From IMG/VR virus record IMGVR_UViG_3300037418_004082: a DNA stretch of 64,000 nucleotides, one strand, 5' to 3'. The translations under genes were made by a program, and so were the position numbers. The notes beneath the pieces are model-generated. The model saw only the letters and a program-made list of their open reading frames with translations, had not been told where the DNA came from and ran no database searches. The stretch is from a virus. Below, one piece after another: positions 63,073-64,000 of this stretch. Each line of letters opens with the position of its first letter. Position 1 is the first letter of the stretch.

Positions 63073-63820
63073 CATCCAGACCACGCTGTCTCATGACGAC
63101 GCTGGTGTGCACGTCGTCAACAACAAGGGGGTTACGCTGCACACCGTGTCGTGGGACGTGCTGCACCGTTGGCTGTACGTGGACTACCGCCAGTTGGAGA
63201 ACATCAAGCGCAACAGCTCGTGGGTCGAAGGGTTCATCTTGCGCACGGCACGTGTCGAGATGCACCACAGCTTCGAGGGCCCTAAGCTGTCGCTGGTCGT
63301 GGGAGGCTCCAAGTACGACGAGCGCTACAGCGTCAAGCTCTCGCACGAGCAAGCCGCGGAACTGATCTGCCGCGAGCTGCCCGACGAGGCGAAGAGCTTC
63401 TACATCGCCGACATGCGCATCCGCGAGGTGCCCAAGCAACAGGAAGACTGGGCGCGCTACGGTGAGATCGGACCGCGTAGCGGTACAGGCTTCCGCTACA
63501 CCGTGTTCGACACGCGCCAGGAAGCGGAGGCCGCACTCGTCGAGATGCTGCAGGATCTCATCAACGACGTGCGCAAGAACGCGAAGGGCGTGACCATCAC
63601 GCTCAACGGCACGCCTCACGTGCTGGAGAACGCGCTCGTCACGTACGACGTCATTCGCCGTCTGCTGGGCCACAGCGACGATGACGTCGCCCACCCGCTC
63701 TACAGCGTCACATATGCGAACGCTGCCAACCCGTTCGCGGGCATCCTGGCGCCGGGCGACGCGGGCGTGGTCGTGATGCCTGGCACGCGCTTCGAAGCAA
63801 CCGTCACGGGCAACGCGTAA
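63065..63820 (+). CDS. protein with C-terminal multi-ubiquitin-like (beta-grasp) domain
   Basis: VTITLNG...VTYDVI..L...YSVTY......GILAPG...V..GTRFEATVTGNA. Confidence 0.7.
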   Translation: MDNIQTTLSHDDAGVHVVNNKGVTLHTVSWDVLHRWLYVDYRQLENIKRNSSWVEGFILRTARVEMHHSFEGPKLSLVVGGSKYDERYSVKLSHEQAAELICRELPDEAKSFYIADMRIREVPKQQEDWARYGEIGPRSGTGFRYTVFDTRQEAEAALVEMLQDLINDVRKNAKGVTITLNGTPHVLENALVTYDVIRRLLGHSDDDVAHPLYSVTYANAANPFAGILAPGDAGVVVMPGTRFEATVTGNA

Positions 63821-63823
63821 CCA

Positions 63824-64000
63824 ATGGCTCGCGAATGGAACGACGGCGCGCTGCGCACGCGCCTTGCCAAACTGATCGAGCAGGTGTGCTCGACAGAAAC
63901 ACGCAAGGTCACGTGCAAAGTTGGCGACATTCGTGGTAGTGTCGGTGGCCGTCGTAACTTATTCGATGCGAGCTACGTGTGGACGGCTCGTGTAAGCGTC
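63824..64000 (+). CDS. 5' part of a hypothetical protein truncated by the window edge
   Basis: ATG at 63824, frame open to end. Confidence 0.5.
   Translation, partial: MAREWNDGALRTRLAKLIEQVCSTETRKVTCKVGDIRGSVGGRRNLFDASYVWTARVSV

Overview
The whole window looks like an internal part of a large, GC-rich, tailed dsDNA phage genome. There is no rRNA, tRNA, CRISPR array or host housekeeping block. It has five transcription blocks. (1) 1-9945 (+): about 25 tightly overlapping small early-type genes (a Nudix hydrolase among them), ending in a SpoVS homolog. (2) 9942-13782 (-): an HU-like protein and three unknown genes. (3) 13833-16833 (+): a putative baseplate protein and two peptidoglycan hydrolases (M15, GH73) that share a new N-terminal module. 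(4) 16830-56661 (-): a long replication, recombination and nucleotide-metabolism block. It encodes PolA, an AEP-primase/CHC2/DUF927 protein, UvrD-, RecD- and SF2-type helicases, RuvC, a PD-(D/E)XK nuclease, a DEDDh exonuclease, a putative strand-annealing protein, ThyX, Tmk, dUTPase, an NDT-like hydrolase, an MT-A70 methyltransferase and a SLOG/DUF4326/macro cluster. It is interrupted by a 1.47-kb non-coding, origin-like region at 46059-47529. (5) 56857-64000 (+): a gene with a lambda-type G GGA AAG -1 frameshift site, an XRE regulator and a protein ending in a multi-ubiquitin-like domain. The most striking candidate system is a possible SOS-hijack circuit. The phage encodes a Gram-positive-type LexA DNA-binding domain that lacks the cleavage domain and ends in a CxxC, with a stand-alone ClpX zinc-binding domain two genes away. 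Three perfect GAAC-N4-GTTC palindromes sit at an exact 54-bp period in the origin-like region, and near-consensus boxes lie nearby and inside the putative polA promoter. All family calls come from motif recognition by eye; no database searches were run.
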